From assembly GCA_964534375.1 (NCBI GenBank), contig CAZHPN010000003.1:1-52775 (forward strand): a stretch of DNA of 52,775 nucleotides, read 5' to 3'. The DNA comes from an uncultured bacterium (GTDB lineage: Bacteria > Lernaellota > Lernaellaia > Lernaellales > Lernaellaceae). A model generated the notes under the pieces. The model was not told the origin of the DNA. It saw only the letters and a list, made by a program, of their open reading frames with translations, and did not search any database. The translations under genes and the position numbers were made by a program. This document shows positions 1 through 9,585 of this stretch, piece after piece; positions within the stretch are counted from its first letter, which is position 1; each line of letters opens with the position of its first letter.

Positions 1-1119
1 CCCGCCGAGGAAAACCTCCTCGACCGGATCATCGACGCGCGCGTGACGGTGACCGGACGCGGCGCGACGAAGCCGATGGCCGCCAGCCGTTTCAATCCGG
101 CGATCCGCGGGGGTGCGACGGTCTACGAAGGCTACACGGCCGGCGGCGCGTACGTCGGCGCGGCGGGCATCGACAGTCTCGGCCAATTCCGCCGCGTGCT
201 GTTGATGAACCCGGGCGCCAACGGCAAGGTATCGACGACGTTCCCCAAGGTGTTCCTGGGCGAGGAAATGCGGCTCGTGTACGGCCTGAACGACGAGGGC
301 GTGTCGACGCGGCGCCTGGGAAATCAGAAATTGGTCGTCTCCGTCGGCGACAAGGTCGCGTTCAATCAATGGGTCGAATGCACGGTCGGCTGGCATACGG
401 CGACGGTCGACACCAGTGCCTGGGCCGGCCAGGAACAGGATGTGACGTTCGTCGTGGAAACGTCGCCGCGGGCGGATTACGGCATCGGCGTCGAGGCCAT
501 CGTGCACCGCGGCCCCGAAACGGTCGCCAAAATGGCGGAACGTCCGTACCGGTTCGACGAGCACATCATGGAGGCCCGCGCCACGGTCGAACAACCGGAC
601 GGCCAGACGCGCCTCTGCCTCGGGCCGGATGAAACGTTCCGCAATCTGCGCCACGAGGAAGACGGTCCGTACGGCGAAGGCGTCCTGTACCGCCGCTGGG
701 CCTGCGGCGTGGAGCCGTGGGATTCGGCGGGCCTGACGTTGCAGCAAAGCGGCAAGGAACTGCGCAAGGCCATCTGGCTGCACCCGCTCGCCGACGCCAA
801 ACGCCGCCTGAGCTACGGCCCGTTGCCGCTGCGGGCGGAGTTGCAAGGGTATCTGGGCTTCACCGATCTGTCGGTCAATGGCATCCTTGACAAGAAGACC
901 GGGAAGCAGGTGAAGTGGAACAGCACGCCGGTCGTCTTCTCGATTTACGCCGACGAGCGCCTGATTTATCAGCAGACCGCCGAGAACGAGAACGGCTGGA
1001 AATCGTTCGCGGCGCCGATTCCGGCCGATTTGGTCGGCAAGACCGCCACGCTTTCGTTCGTGACGGAAACGACAAACGCTTCCTGGCGTCACTTTTGTTT
1101 CGACGCTTGGATGCAGTGA
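1..1119 (+). CDS. Hypothetical protein, 5' truncated by the window; two tandem beta-sandwich (carbohydrate-binding-like) domains
   Basis: Frame is open from base 1. Two similar units are visible (LMNP...GWHTATVD...VTFVVET and WLHP...GWKSFAAP...LSFVTET). First gene of the visible operon. Confidence 0.6.
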   Translation, partial: PAEENLLDRIIDARVTVTGRGATKPMAASRFNPAIRGGATVYEGYTAGGAYVGAAGIDSLGQFRRVLLMNPGANGKVSTTFPKVFLGEEMRLVYGLNDEGVSTRRLGNQKLVVSVGDKVAFNQWVECTVGWHTATVDTSAWAGQEQDVTFVVETSPRADYGIGVEAIVHRGPETVAKMAERPYRFDEHIMEARATVEQPDGQTRLCLGPDETFRNLRHEEDGPYGEGVLYRRWACGVEPWDSAGLTLQQSGKELRKAIWLHPLADAKRRLSYGPLPLRAELQGYLGFTDLSVNGILDKKTGKQVKWNSTPVVFSIYADERLIYQQTAENENGWKSFAAPIPADLVGKTATLSFVTETTNASWRHFCFDAWMQ

Positions 1120-1133
1120 AAAAGGAACCGCTT

Positions 1134-1910
1134 ATGGCCGGATCGTCCCGCCGTCCTCGTTCGCTCTCGATCGTCATGCCCTACTACAATGAGGAATTGA
1201 ACATCGAGCGTTCGATCAACGGCGCCCTCGAATATCTGCGCAAACGCTTCGACGATTTCGAAGTCGTGGCCGTCGACGATTGCAGCCGCGACCGCACGCT
1301 CGAACTGGCCCACGCGTTGCAAGCCGCCGAGCCGCGCGTCAAAATCGTCGCCCTCGCGCAAAACTCGAAGTTCGCCGGCGCGCTCAAGGCGGGCTTCGCG
1401 GCGGCGACGAAAGAGTACGTGTTCTACACCGACGGCGACTGCCCGATCGAATACGACGACATCGATCAGGCGCTCGACTTGATCGAGACCTGCGACGTGG
1501 CGATCGGCTGCCGCACGACGCGCGACCAGGAAGGGATTCTGCGCAAACTGTACACCAACGGCTATCGGCTGGCGCTGCGGGTTTTGCTCGGCCTGAAATT
1601 TAAAGACGTCAATTTCAGCTTCAAGCTGTTCCCGAAAAAGGCGCTCGACGCCATCGTCATCGAATCCAACGGCTCGTTCATCGACGCCGAGATTCTCTAC
1701 AAATTGCAAAAGGCCGGCTACTGCGTCGGCGAAATACCCGTGCATTATCACTCGCGCCGACTGGGCGAATCGACGCTGGCGTCGCCGACCATCATCTTCC
1801 GCATTATCGGCGAACTGTTGCGCTTCTGGCTCGCCCACCGCAACATTCCCGGCGCGGCGCCGGTCCGGCGGCTCGATGAATCCACCCCTCCTGCTGATCG
1901 TCAACGCTGA
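1134..1910 (+). CDS. Glycosyltransferase family 2 (polyprenol-phosphate glycosyltransferase-like)
   Basis: LSIVMPYYNEE, VDDCSRD and YTDGD (DxD) motifs; AAAGGA RBS before ATG 1134. Confidence 0.9.
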   Translation: MAGSSRRPRSLSIVMPYYNEELNIERSINGALEYLRKRFDDFEVVAVDDCSRDRTLELAHALQAAEPRVKIVALAQNSKFAGALKAGFAAATKEYVFYTDGDCPIEYDDIDQALDLIETCDVAIGCRTTRDQEGILRKLYTNGYRLALRVLLGLKFKDVNFSFKLFPKKALDAIVIESNGSFIDAEILYKLQKAGYCVGEIPVHYHSRRLGESTLASPTIIFRIIGELLRFWLAHRNIPGAAPVRRLDESTPPADRQR

Positions 1911-2739
1911 CGATTTCGGTCTCGCCGCCGGAACCAACGCCGGCGTGGCGCAAGCGTTCGACCACGGACTCGTGCGGTCGGCCTCGCTGCTGGCCGGCGC
2001 GCCGGCCGCCGCCGAGGCGGCGCGGCTGGCGGCCGCGCGGCCCGGACTGGGCGTCGGCGTGCACCTCGCCCTGACGCAAGTTGCGCCGGTGCTGCCGGCG
2101 GCGCAGGTTCCCAGTCTCATTGGCGGCGGTGAACATTTCCTGTCCGGTCCGCGCCAATTCGCGCAACGGTTGCTCGCGGGCCGCATCGTGCGTGGGGAAA
2201 TTCTCGCGGAATTCGTCGCGCAACTCGAACGGGCGCGGGATCTCGGCATCCGGATCTCGCACGTCGACAGCCACCAGCATCTGCACCTCCTGCCGGTGGT
2301 GCGCAACGCGTTCGTCGAAGCCGCGCAAAAATTCGGCATCCAAAAAATGCGCCTGCCGCGCCTGGGCGGGCCGGCGCGGTCGCTGCAGGAATGGCTCAAG
2401 GCGCTGGTGATCGACGCCTGCCGGCGCACCGGCGGCAGCGCGTTTCGCGGCCTGAGCCATCCGGACAAATTCTGGGGCCTGGCGTGCTCGGGCGACCTGA
2501 CGCGCGCGCGGCTGCTGGCGATTCTGGAGGCGTTGACGCCCGGCGCGCACGAGTTGATGACGCACCCGGCGGCGTTCGACCCCGCGATGCACGCGCAGTT
2601 CGTCTGGGGATATCGCTGGGAAGACGAGTTGGCGGCGCTCTGCGACCCCGCGGCGGCGGCGGCCGTCGAACGCCGGGGCGTGCGGCTGGGCAATTTTCAC
2701 GACCTCGCAACCGCCGGCGACCTGGGAAACGGCGGCTGA
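1876..2739 (+). CDS. ChbG/HpnK/YdjC-family carbohydrate deacetylase
   Basis: IVNADDFG, GVHLAL, HVDSHQHLH and ELMTHP motifs. Confidence 0.92.
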   Translation: MNPPLLLIVNADDFGLAAGTNAGVAQAFDHGLVRSASLLAGAPAAAEAARLAAARPGLGVGVHLALTQVAPVLPAAQVPSLIGGGEHFLSGPRQFAQRLLAGRIVRGEILAEFVAQLERARDLGIRISHVDSHQHLHLLPVVRNAFVEAAQKFGIQKMRLPRLGGPARSLQEWLKALVIDACRRTGGSAFRGLSHPDKFWGLACSGDLTRARLLAILEALTPGAHELMTHPAAFDPAMHAQFVWGYRWEDELAALCDPAAAAAVERRGVRLGNFHDLATAGDLGNGG

Positions 2740-2741
2740 GA

Positions 2742-4139
2742 ATGCGCGGCGGCTTCTTCACTTCAGAAAGTAACTGGCGGGCGATCGCCACTCTGGCGCT
2801 GGCGGCGCTTGCCGTTTGCCTCGGCGGCTGCCGGGGCCGGGGCGGGCCGGCGCCGCCGATCGTGCTGATCGTCATTGACACGTGGCGGGCGGACCACGTC
2901 GGCGCGTACGGCTATCCGCGGCCGACCACGCCGCACATCGACGAATTCGCCAAATCGGCGATCCGTTTCGACCGCGCCTACGCCACATCGAGTTGGACCG
3001 TGCCGAGCATGGCGTCGCTGTTCACCGGCGTGTACCCGTCGCAGCACGGCATCGAGCACGCCGTCACGGATCCGCTGGGCGTGGCGGAACAACAAGTGCT
3101 CAACGACCGCTTTGTCACCTTGGCCAAAACGCTGCGCGACGCCGGTTATGCGACGTACGGCGTCAGCGCCAATTATCACATGCACGCGAAATTCGGCATG
3201 GGCCAGGGTTTCACGCAATATCGGGTCCTGAATTTCGCCGACCGCGCCGAAGTCGATCGCGGGGTGAAGGAACGCCTCCCGCTGTTGCAACGGAGCTTGA
3301 AGTCGGGCCGGCCGTATTTCCTCTACGTGCACTACTTCGATCCGCATCACCCGTATATGCCCGTCAAACCGTTCCTTGACCGCTTTCGGCCGGCCGACGC
3401 GCCGCTGGACGAGATCAACGCCGGCAATGCGCACTTCACAGAATTGATGGACCAGGGCTACTTTCACGCGAATCCGGATAAAATCCCGATGTTCGTCGAT
3501 TGCTACGATGCGGAAATCGCCGCCTGCGACGATTCGGTCGGCTGGCTGCTCAATTCCCTGCCGGGCCTCGACGACGCGGTGATCGTCGTCACCGCCGACC
3601 ACGGGGAAGAATTCCTCGAACACGGCCACATGTCGCACAGCAAGGATCTCTATTCCGAAACGCTGCGCGTGCCGTTGTTCATCCGTCTGCCGCACGGCCG
3701 GCGCGGCGGCGAGGTCGACAACGTCCTGGCCAGCCTGGTCGATCTCTATCCGACCCTCGCCACGCTCGCCGGCGCCAAAAAACCCGCCTATTTGGCGGGC
3801 GTCGATCTGTTCGACGCCTGGCGGCAACGCTGGAACCGCAATCGCTTCCTCTTCGCTGCGACCCGCCGGGCCCACGGCTACGATTGGAACGCCGCGCTCA
3901 GCGGCAACTACAAATTGCTCTATTCCGCCGATCGGGAAACCTGGGAATTGTACGATCTCGCCAAGGACCCCGGCGAAAGAACGAATCTCGCCGAGCAGGC
4001 GCCGGCCGGCCTGCTCTGGCGCTTCCAAACCGAATTGCGCGGCAACCGGCGGCGACCGCCGGTTTTTCCGCCGGGCATCCTCACCGCGCCGCGCGACGAG
4101 AAAATCGAACTGTCGATGAAACAATTGGGATATTTGTGA
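2742..4139 (+). CDS. Sulfatase-like (alkaline phosphatase superfamily) protein, probable lipoprotein
   Basis: IVIDTWRAD, WTVPSMASLFTG, DPHHPY and TADHGEEF motifs; hydrophobic N-terminus ending LGGC. Confidence 0.88.
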   Translation: MRGGFFTSESNWRAIATLALAALAVCLGGCRGRGGPAPPIVLIVIDTWRADHVGAYGYPRPTTPHIDEFAKSAIRFDRAYATSSWTVPSMASLFTGVYPSQHGIEHAVTDPLGVAEQQVLNDRFVTLAKTLRDAGYATYGVSANYHMHAKFGMGQGFTQYRVLNFADRAEVDRGVKERLPLLQRSLKSGRPYFLYVHYFDPHHPYMPVKPFLDRFRPADAPLDEINAGNAHFTELMDQGYFHANPDKIPMFVDCYDAEIAACDDSVGWLLNSLPGLDDAVIVVTADHGEEFLEHGHMSHSKDLYSETLRVPLFIRLPHGRRGGEVDNVLASLVDLYPTLATLAGAKKPAYLAGVDLFDAWRQRWNRNRFLFAATRRAHGYDWNAALSGNYKLLYSADRETWELYDLAKDPGERTNLAEQAPAGLLWRFQTELRGNRRRPPVFPPGILTAPRDEKIELSMKQLGYL

Positions 4140-4915
4140 ACGATCCGTTCTATGCCGATCCCGAGGCGTACGACCTCGCCTACGGTTGGGATTCCTTTGC
4201 CGAGACGGTGCAGTTGATCCAACGCGCGGCGCAGTTGCGCGGCCGGCCCGTCGCGCGCGCGCTCGAGGTCGGCTGCGGTCCGGGCCGCGTTTTGCGCGAC
4301 CTGGCGGCCTTGGGGCTGACGGCCATCGGCCTCGATCGCGAGCCCGGCTTGCTGGCGTGGGCGCGGCGCCGCGCCGGCGAATTGGGGCTGACGGTCGAGA
4401 CGGCGCTCGCCGACATGCGCGATTTCGCGTTGGCCGCGCCGGTCGACATCGCGTTGTGCCCGCTCAACGGGGTCGGCGACCTGACCGGCCCGGACGACCT
4501 CGCGCGCCATCTGGCCGCGGTGGCGGCCAACCTCACGCCGCGCGGCGTTTACGTCGTCGAAATGTCGTTCGCGCCGATCGAAAAGGAATGCGTCGGCCGC
4601 GGAGCGCCGTGGACGATGACGCGCGGCGATCTGCGCGTCGAGGCGGATTGGCGGCTGGTCGACGTGGACGGCGCCGCCGGCCTGGCAATCTACGAAGCGC
4701 GGCTGGCGATCGAACGCGCCGGCGCGGCGCCGCAATGTCTCATTTCGCACCGCGTGCATCGCAAATGGGATCAGCCGCTGTTGTATGCGCAGATCGCCGC
4801 CAGCCCGCTGGTTCTCGCCGGGCTGTTCGCCGGCGACCTGACGCCGCTCGATCCCGGCCGTCGGCTGACCTACGCCGACGACAACGTCTTTGTGTTCCTG
4901 CAGAAACGCGCGTAA
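4136..4915 (+). CDS. Class I SAM-dependent methyltransferase
   Basis: LEVGCGPGR motif I and ADMRDF; GTG start overlaps the sulfatase TGA (GTGA). Confidence 0.88.
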   Translation: MNDPFYADPEAYDLAYGWDSFAETVQLIQRAAQLRGRPVARALEVGCGPGRVLRDLAALGLTAIGLDREPGLLAWARRRAGELGLTVETALADMRDFALAAPVDIALCPLNGVGDLTGPDDLARHLAAVAANLTPRGVYVVEMSFAPIEKECVGRGAPWTMTRGDLRVEADWRLVDVDGAAGLAIYEARLAIERAGAAPQCLISHRVHRKWDQPLLYAQIAASPLVLAGLFAGDLTPLDPGRRLTYADDNVFVFLQKRA

Positions 4916-5050
4916 CCCGCTCACCGCGCAGGTGAGCAGTGAACGATGAACAGTGAACAGCGAAGACTATCGTTCGCGATAATCTGGCGAGACAAGGAAC
5001 GACGGGTCAATACCCCCCTTGATCCTGTTGATCCGTCGATGAATCCGCTA

Positions 5051-6763
5051 TCACTTGTTCGGCGGCGCGTACGGCGGCGGCAGGATCGGCGGCTTGGTCG
5101 GCTTGTCCTGCACGCGTTGCAATTCGATTTCGCCGATCAGCACGCTCGGCGCCGACGCGCTCACCGCCACGAAGCCCGACTCCGCCCCGCAGTAGCCGTT
5201 GAAGACGCCGACGTCGTCGCCGGCGGCGACGATCTTGCTGATCGAAAGCAGCGGCGTGCCGACGAGTTCCGCGCCGCGCACCAATTCCTCGCGGCCGGTC
5301 TTCACGTCGATCCGCGAGAGCAGCACCGGCCGATTGGCGAACGCCTGAAAATTGAACTGGTCGGTGCTCGTTTCGCCGCTGATGCCGGTGCGCAGCCGCA
5401 GGGCGTAGGGCTTGCCCTTCTCGCGGGCGAGGGCCAGCAGCATCGCGCGCAGTTTGGCGGCGGGCGCCGTGCGACGGGCGTGCACGATGAGGTTGCTCAT
5501 GCGGCTCATCGGCGCGCGCGTCGCGTCGGCGCGGCCGTGCCCGTTGCTCGCGCGGAAATCCAGGATGGGCATGCGCGAGCGCAGGAAATCGCGCAACACG
5601 CCGCCGCTGACGAGTTCGACGCGCTGCGCGGGAACTCCCTCCTCGTCGAAATCGTAGGTCCCGTTGAGGTCGACGCCCGCGTAGCGCGCCAGCGTCGGGT
5701 CGTCGGCGATGTCCAGAAACGCCGGCAGGATCGGCTGGCCCAATTGGCCCTTGAACGTCTGCCCTTCGTCGACGCCCCGGGTGCGGTTGCCCTCCAACCG
5801 ATGCCCGATCGCCTCGTGAAAGAAGATGCCCGCGACCGAGGGGTCCAGCAGCGCCGGCCCCGCGTACGGCTCGATGGCTGGCGCGCGCCGCAACTGCGTC
5901 AGTTGCTCGGCCATCTCTTTGACGCCGGCCAGGATTTCGTCGCGCGTCGGCATCCCCGCCGGCGTGCGCGCGTAACGCGAGTAGTAGTGCCGCACCGTCA
6001 TGCCGTCGTCGGCGAGCGCCGCGGCGTCGACGTTGAACGAAAAGTAAAAGCCGCGCGTTGCCAGTTCCGTGCCTTCTGACGTCAGCAGCCACCGCGTGCC
6101 GAGTTGGGTTTGCAGCGTGACGTTTGCGTCGAGAATCTCCGGGTATTGCTTCAGCACGGCGCTGGCGTCGCGCGCGATCGCCTTCCAGGCGGCCTTGTCG
6201 ATGGTCACGACCAGCGGCGGATCGAGGCGCTTGACGGGCGCCTGCCGAGCGAAATCCGGCAGGCGCGCGTCGGCGTTCTCGCGGTAAACCGCCTGCGCCT
6301 TCTTCCGCAGGTAATCGGCCAAGGCGTTCTTGAAGCGCAGGTCGGTCAACCGCCATAGCCGGGCGCGCATCGCGTCGACGTCGTCCTCGATCGGCAGGTT
6401 GGTGTATTGCAGATAATTGAAGGTGTCCAGATCCGGATCGAAGCGGTCGTTCTCCGAGCGCGTCGAGGTGTTGTCGAAGGCGTAATCGCCGACGCGCACC
6501 TCGACATACAACTTCCGCTCCTTGCCGCCGCCCTCGTGCAGCAGCGCGCCGAGCGTCGCCGTAACTACATAGCCCTCCGTTTCGGTGAGCCGGTAGGCGA
6601 TGAAATACGGCTTGACGTAATCCGGCAACGACAGGCGCGTCGTCGAACGGGCCATCTCCTCGCGCAACGCTTGCAGAATCTGGTCCTCGTTCGCCCGCGA
6701 ATCCGCGAACGAGATCAGGGCCGCCAGGGCCGCCATCGCCAGACCGATCGACGCTTTGCGCAT
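5051..6763 (-). CDS. TldD/PmbA-family metalloprotease (TldD type) with signal peptide
   Basis: FFHEAIGHRLEG (HExxxH), DDPTL, SNGHGR and GYCGAESG motifs; N-terminal signal peptide. Confidence 0.88.
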   Translation of the reverse strand: MRKASIGLAMAALAALISFADSRANEDQILQALREEMARSTTRLSLPDYVKPYFIAYRLTETEGYVVTATLGALLHEGGGKERKLYVEVRVGDYAFDNTSTRSENDRFDPDLDTFNYLQYTNLPIEDDVDAMRARLWRLTDLRFKNALADYLRKKAQAVYRENADARLPDFARQAPVKRLDPPLVVTIDKAAWKAIARDASAVLKQYPEILDANVTLQTQLGTRWLLTSEGTELATRGFYFSFNVDAAALADDGMTVRHYYSRYARTPAGMPTRDEILAGVKEMAEQLTQLRRAPAIEPYAGPALLDPSVAGIFFHEAIGHRLEGNRTRGVDEGQTFKGQLGQPILPAFLDIADDPTLARYAGVDLNGTYDFDEEGVPAQRVELVSGGVLRDFLRSRMPILDFRASNGHGRADATRAPMSRMSNLIVHARRTAPAAKLRAMLLALAREKGKPYALRLRTGISGETSTDQFNFQAFANRPVLLSRIDVKTGREELVRGAELVGTPLLSISKIVAAGDDVGVFNGYCGAESGFVAVSASAPSVLIGEIELQRVQDKPTKPPILPPPYAPPNK

Positions 6764-6883
6764 TTGCTTCCCCTCGCATGCGGCAAATCGTTAACTTACC
6801 ACAGCGGCGGGGCTGCGGGTCAAAGGGCCAGCGCGCCGTTCGACAACAGAGGCGCCGCGACCAGGAGCGGTCGCACGGAGGCC

Positions 6884-6983
6884 ATGGGAAGCATGGGAGT
6901 TCTGGGAATCCTGGGAGGTCTGGGACGCCGGACGTCGTTTGACGGCGAGACCGCCCAGAATTCCCAGAACTCCCAGAATTCCA
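6884..6983. repeat. Inverted pair of 9-mer tandem arrays
   Basis: Five (A/C)TGGGAnnn units at 6884-6925 face three CCCAGAAnT units at 6954-6983. Confidence 0.8.
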
Positions 6984-7057
6984 ATGACAGCCGATCGCAG
7001 CCTCCGCCGCCGTTGTGCTATGCTCCGGCCAAAATTCCGCCCGAAGGAGAGCCCGCT

Positions 7058-9193
7058 TTGCGCAGACGGTTGTTCGCCGCGCTGATTTTGTCCGCCGTGC
7101 TGGCCGGCCGCGCGGCCGCGCAGGAACCGCCAAAATACGGCTGGGCCGGCGACAACGCCTTCCCGGCCGATCTGCGGCAACCGCTTCTGAGCGGCGCGCC
7201 GGACGCGATGCAGGCCAACGCCCGGTTCGCGCTGACGCTGCTGCCCGACGTCGCCTCGGTCGCGGAATTTCGCCGGGAGCTGAAAAAAAACAAGCTGGGC
7301 CGCGGCTTCTGGCTGTCGGTCGAGGCGGCCGAGGGAAAGCGGACGCTATACGTCTGGCTGATCGACGAAGCGCGCGAAGAGCCGTCGGTGCGCTCGGGCG
7401 CGTTCGGTCCGCGTTACGACCGCCCGCTCGATCTCGCCTGCCGTCTGGCGTGGGAATCGCTGGAGATGCCGCTGGCGCCGGCCGCCGAGACGCTCTGGAC
7501 GCAGGCCCGCAAGGCTTGGCGCGCGGGCGATCTGCCGGCGGCGGACCTGGCTTTTCGGCAGGCGCTGATCGTCACGCCGCACGCCGAGGCGCTGTGCCGC
7601 GACGCCGGCCAAATGTATCTGGCCTCCGGCCGGCCGGAGGCCGCGATTCCGTGGTTCCGGGCGGCGCTGTCGCGCAACCCGAACGATTATCTCGCCTGGA
7701 TGTGGCTCGCCCGCCTGTACGAAACGACCGGCGCGGATGACGAGGAACGGCAGGCGACCGAAGCCGCGTTGCGCGTCGGGCCGCGCGTGCCGTCGCTGCT
7801 GATGACCGCCGCGGCAGCGTACAAACGCGCCGGCCGCCTGCACGAGGCGCAGGCGCTGCTCGTCGAAGCCGCGCGGCGCGACCCCGACGATCCGGATGCG
7901 CCCCTGGCCTTGCTGAACGTTGCGGAGATCAACCACGACTGGCCGGTCGCCGCGCCGGCGCTGCGCCGCGTGCTGGAGACCGCGGGCGGCGGCGAGGATC
8001 TGTGGCGCGAATTGGTCGATTATCAAATGCTCGCGCGCGACTACGCGGGCGCCGAGCAGACCATCGCGCGCCTGCGCCAGCAACATCCGAACGACGAATC
8101 GCTATTTCGCGACCACATCCTCTCGCTGCTCGGGGCGGGCCGCTACGCCGAGGCGGAGCCGCAACTGGCCAAATTCATCGAGGGGCGGCCGGATTCCGCC
8201 TGGGCCGCCACCGCCATGGGCCGGCTCTATTACCACACGCGCCGGTACGACCGGGCGATGTTGTGGTTCGCGCGGGCTCACCAACTCGACCCCGGCGACG
8301 AACAACTCGAACGCCTGCTCGCCATGAGCGCCGAATTGTCCGGCGACAAGGAGCGCGCGCTGGCTTATTACGAAGCGCGCCTGACCGGCCGCTCGTCGTT
8401 CGGCAACGACGAACTCGACCATTACGTGGCCTTGTCGCAGGAACTCGGCCACGCCGACCGCGCCGAAACGCTGTTGCGCCGGCTGATGGATTCCGCGACC
8501 GGCCAGACGCAACGGACCGCCGCGGCGATCGCCCTGGGTCAACTGCTGGTGAAGCTCGGCCGGCCGCGCGACGCCATCGCGGCGTATCAGAACCTGCTGC
8601 GCCGCCGCAGCCGGCCGCCGAACGTGCTCTTCGAACTGGGCCGGCTGCATTTTTCGCTGAAAGAGTACGACGCCGGCGCGGCGTACTTTCGCGAATTCGC
8701 GGCCGTCTCGCCCGATGCGCGGCGGCTGGCCGAGGCCGCGCGGCTGGCCGAACAGGCGGGCGATGCGTCGCTGCAGATTCAGCTCTACGCCGCCGCCTTC
8801 GCCGCCGACCCAACGGCGACCGAGGTCGGCGTGCTGCTGCTCGAGGCGCTGCTGCTGAACAACGTCGATCGCGACAACGACATCCTCGTCTCGCAACTCG
8901 ACCCGCTCGTCAAGCAACCCGACGAACGCGAACTGCTGTTCTGGCTCGAACTCTTCTGGGCCGCGACGGCGGGCCACGCCGATTATTTCGCGCACCTGTT
9001 GCCCGTGGCCCTGCGCTTCGTCGCCGCGCGCAAGACCACGCGGGTCGAGCTGTCGAAGTGGCCGCCGGTCGTCGCCGCCCGGCTCGCCGGCCCGCCGCAG
9101 GCCGAAATGGCCGACCTCATGGCCGTCTTCGCCCGGAAGCTGCCGGCGAAAGACTTTGCGCGGAAATATCGGGTGGACGTGCCCGGTTGGTGA
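7058..9193 (+). CDS. Exported tetratricopeptide-repeat protein
   Basis: GAAGGAG RBS before TTG 7058; signal peptide ending AAA-Q; many TPR-like helices (A..W...AL..NP). Confidence 0.8.
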   Translation: MRRRLFAALILSAVLAGRAAAQEPPKYGWAGDNAFPADLRQPLLSGAPDAMQANARFALTLLPDVASVAEFRRELKKNKLGRGFWLSVEAAEGKRTLYVWLIDEAREEPSVRSGAFGPRYDRPLDLACRLAWESLEMPLAPAAETLWTQARKAWRAGDLPAADLAFRQALIVTPHAEALCRDAGQMYLASGRPEAAIPWFRAALSRNPNDYLAWMWLARLYETTGADDEERQATEAALRVGPRVPSLLMTAAAAYKRAGRLHEAQALLVEAARRDPDDPDAPLALLNVAEINHDWPVAAPALRRVLETAGGGEDLWRELVDYQMLARDYAGAEQTIARLRQQHPNDESLFRDHILSLLGAGRYAEAEPQLAKFIEGRPDSAWAATAMGRLYYHTRRYDRAMLWFARAHQLDPGDEQLERLLAMSAELSGDKERALAYYEARLTGRSSFGNDELDHYVALSQELGHADRAETLLRRLMDSATGQTQRTAAAIALGQLLVKLGRPRDAIAAYQNLLRRRSRPPNVLFELGRLHFSLKEYDAGAAYFREFAAVSPDARRLAEAARLAEQAGDASLQIQLYAAAFAADPTATEVGVLLLEALLLNNVDRDNDILVSQLDPLVKQPDERELLFWLELFWAATAGHADYFAHLLPVALRFVAARKTTRVELSKWPPVVAARLAGPPQAEMADLMAVFARKLPAKDFARKYRVDVPGW

Positions 9194-9237
9194 GCTTCTA
9201 CAACAACTCGATCAGTCTTTCGACGGAAATGTCGGCG

Positions 9238-9462
9238 TCATACGGCGATTTCTAACGAGGTCAGGCTGACGGACTCCGACTGGGCAATTTCTTCGCCGGC
9301 CGCCAGACGGTCTTCTACATGCAATCGGATCGCGTCGCGGATGTTATTCAGCGCTTCCTCATAGGATTCGCCTTGCGCCTAACATCCTTGCAGTTCAGGG
9401 CAGGACGCAAAATACCCATCCTGGTCTTTTTCGACGATGGTCGAAAACCCAAATGTCTTCAT
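9238..9462 (-). pseudogene. hicB: HicB-family antitoxin with an internal TAG
   Basis: Hand translation MKTFGFSTIVEKDQDGYFASCPELQGC*AQGESYEEALNNIRDAIRLHVEDRL...; TAG at 9379-9381; GAGGA RBS. Confidence 0.85.
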
Positions 9463-9585
9463 TTTTTTCGTTCCTCAATACGCAAGGATAACACTCTCAA
9501 CTTCGCGGTCAAAGGCGCGTCGATCGACCCCTTTCACCCGGCCCCGACGTTTGCTAGCATCGGCCGCCTTGCGCGAGGAGGTGCG

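Noticed and set aside
6407..7057. N-terminal extension of the TPR ORF
   Set aside because: It overlaps tldD antisense and the repeat arrays; the signal peptide and RBS point to 7058.
9379..9381. Pyrrolysine or recoded TAG in hicB
   Set aside because: Other genes here use TAG as a normal stop (e.g. 14334, 27450, 41853) and the partner toxin is decayed, so a nonsense mutation is simpler.
9319..9585. N-terminal extension of the 1261-aa Mfd ORF
   Set aside because: It overlaps the minus-strand hicB pseudogene, and a strong RBS supports the TTG at 9586.
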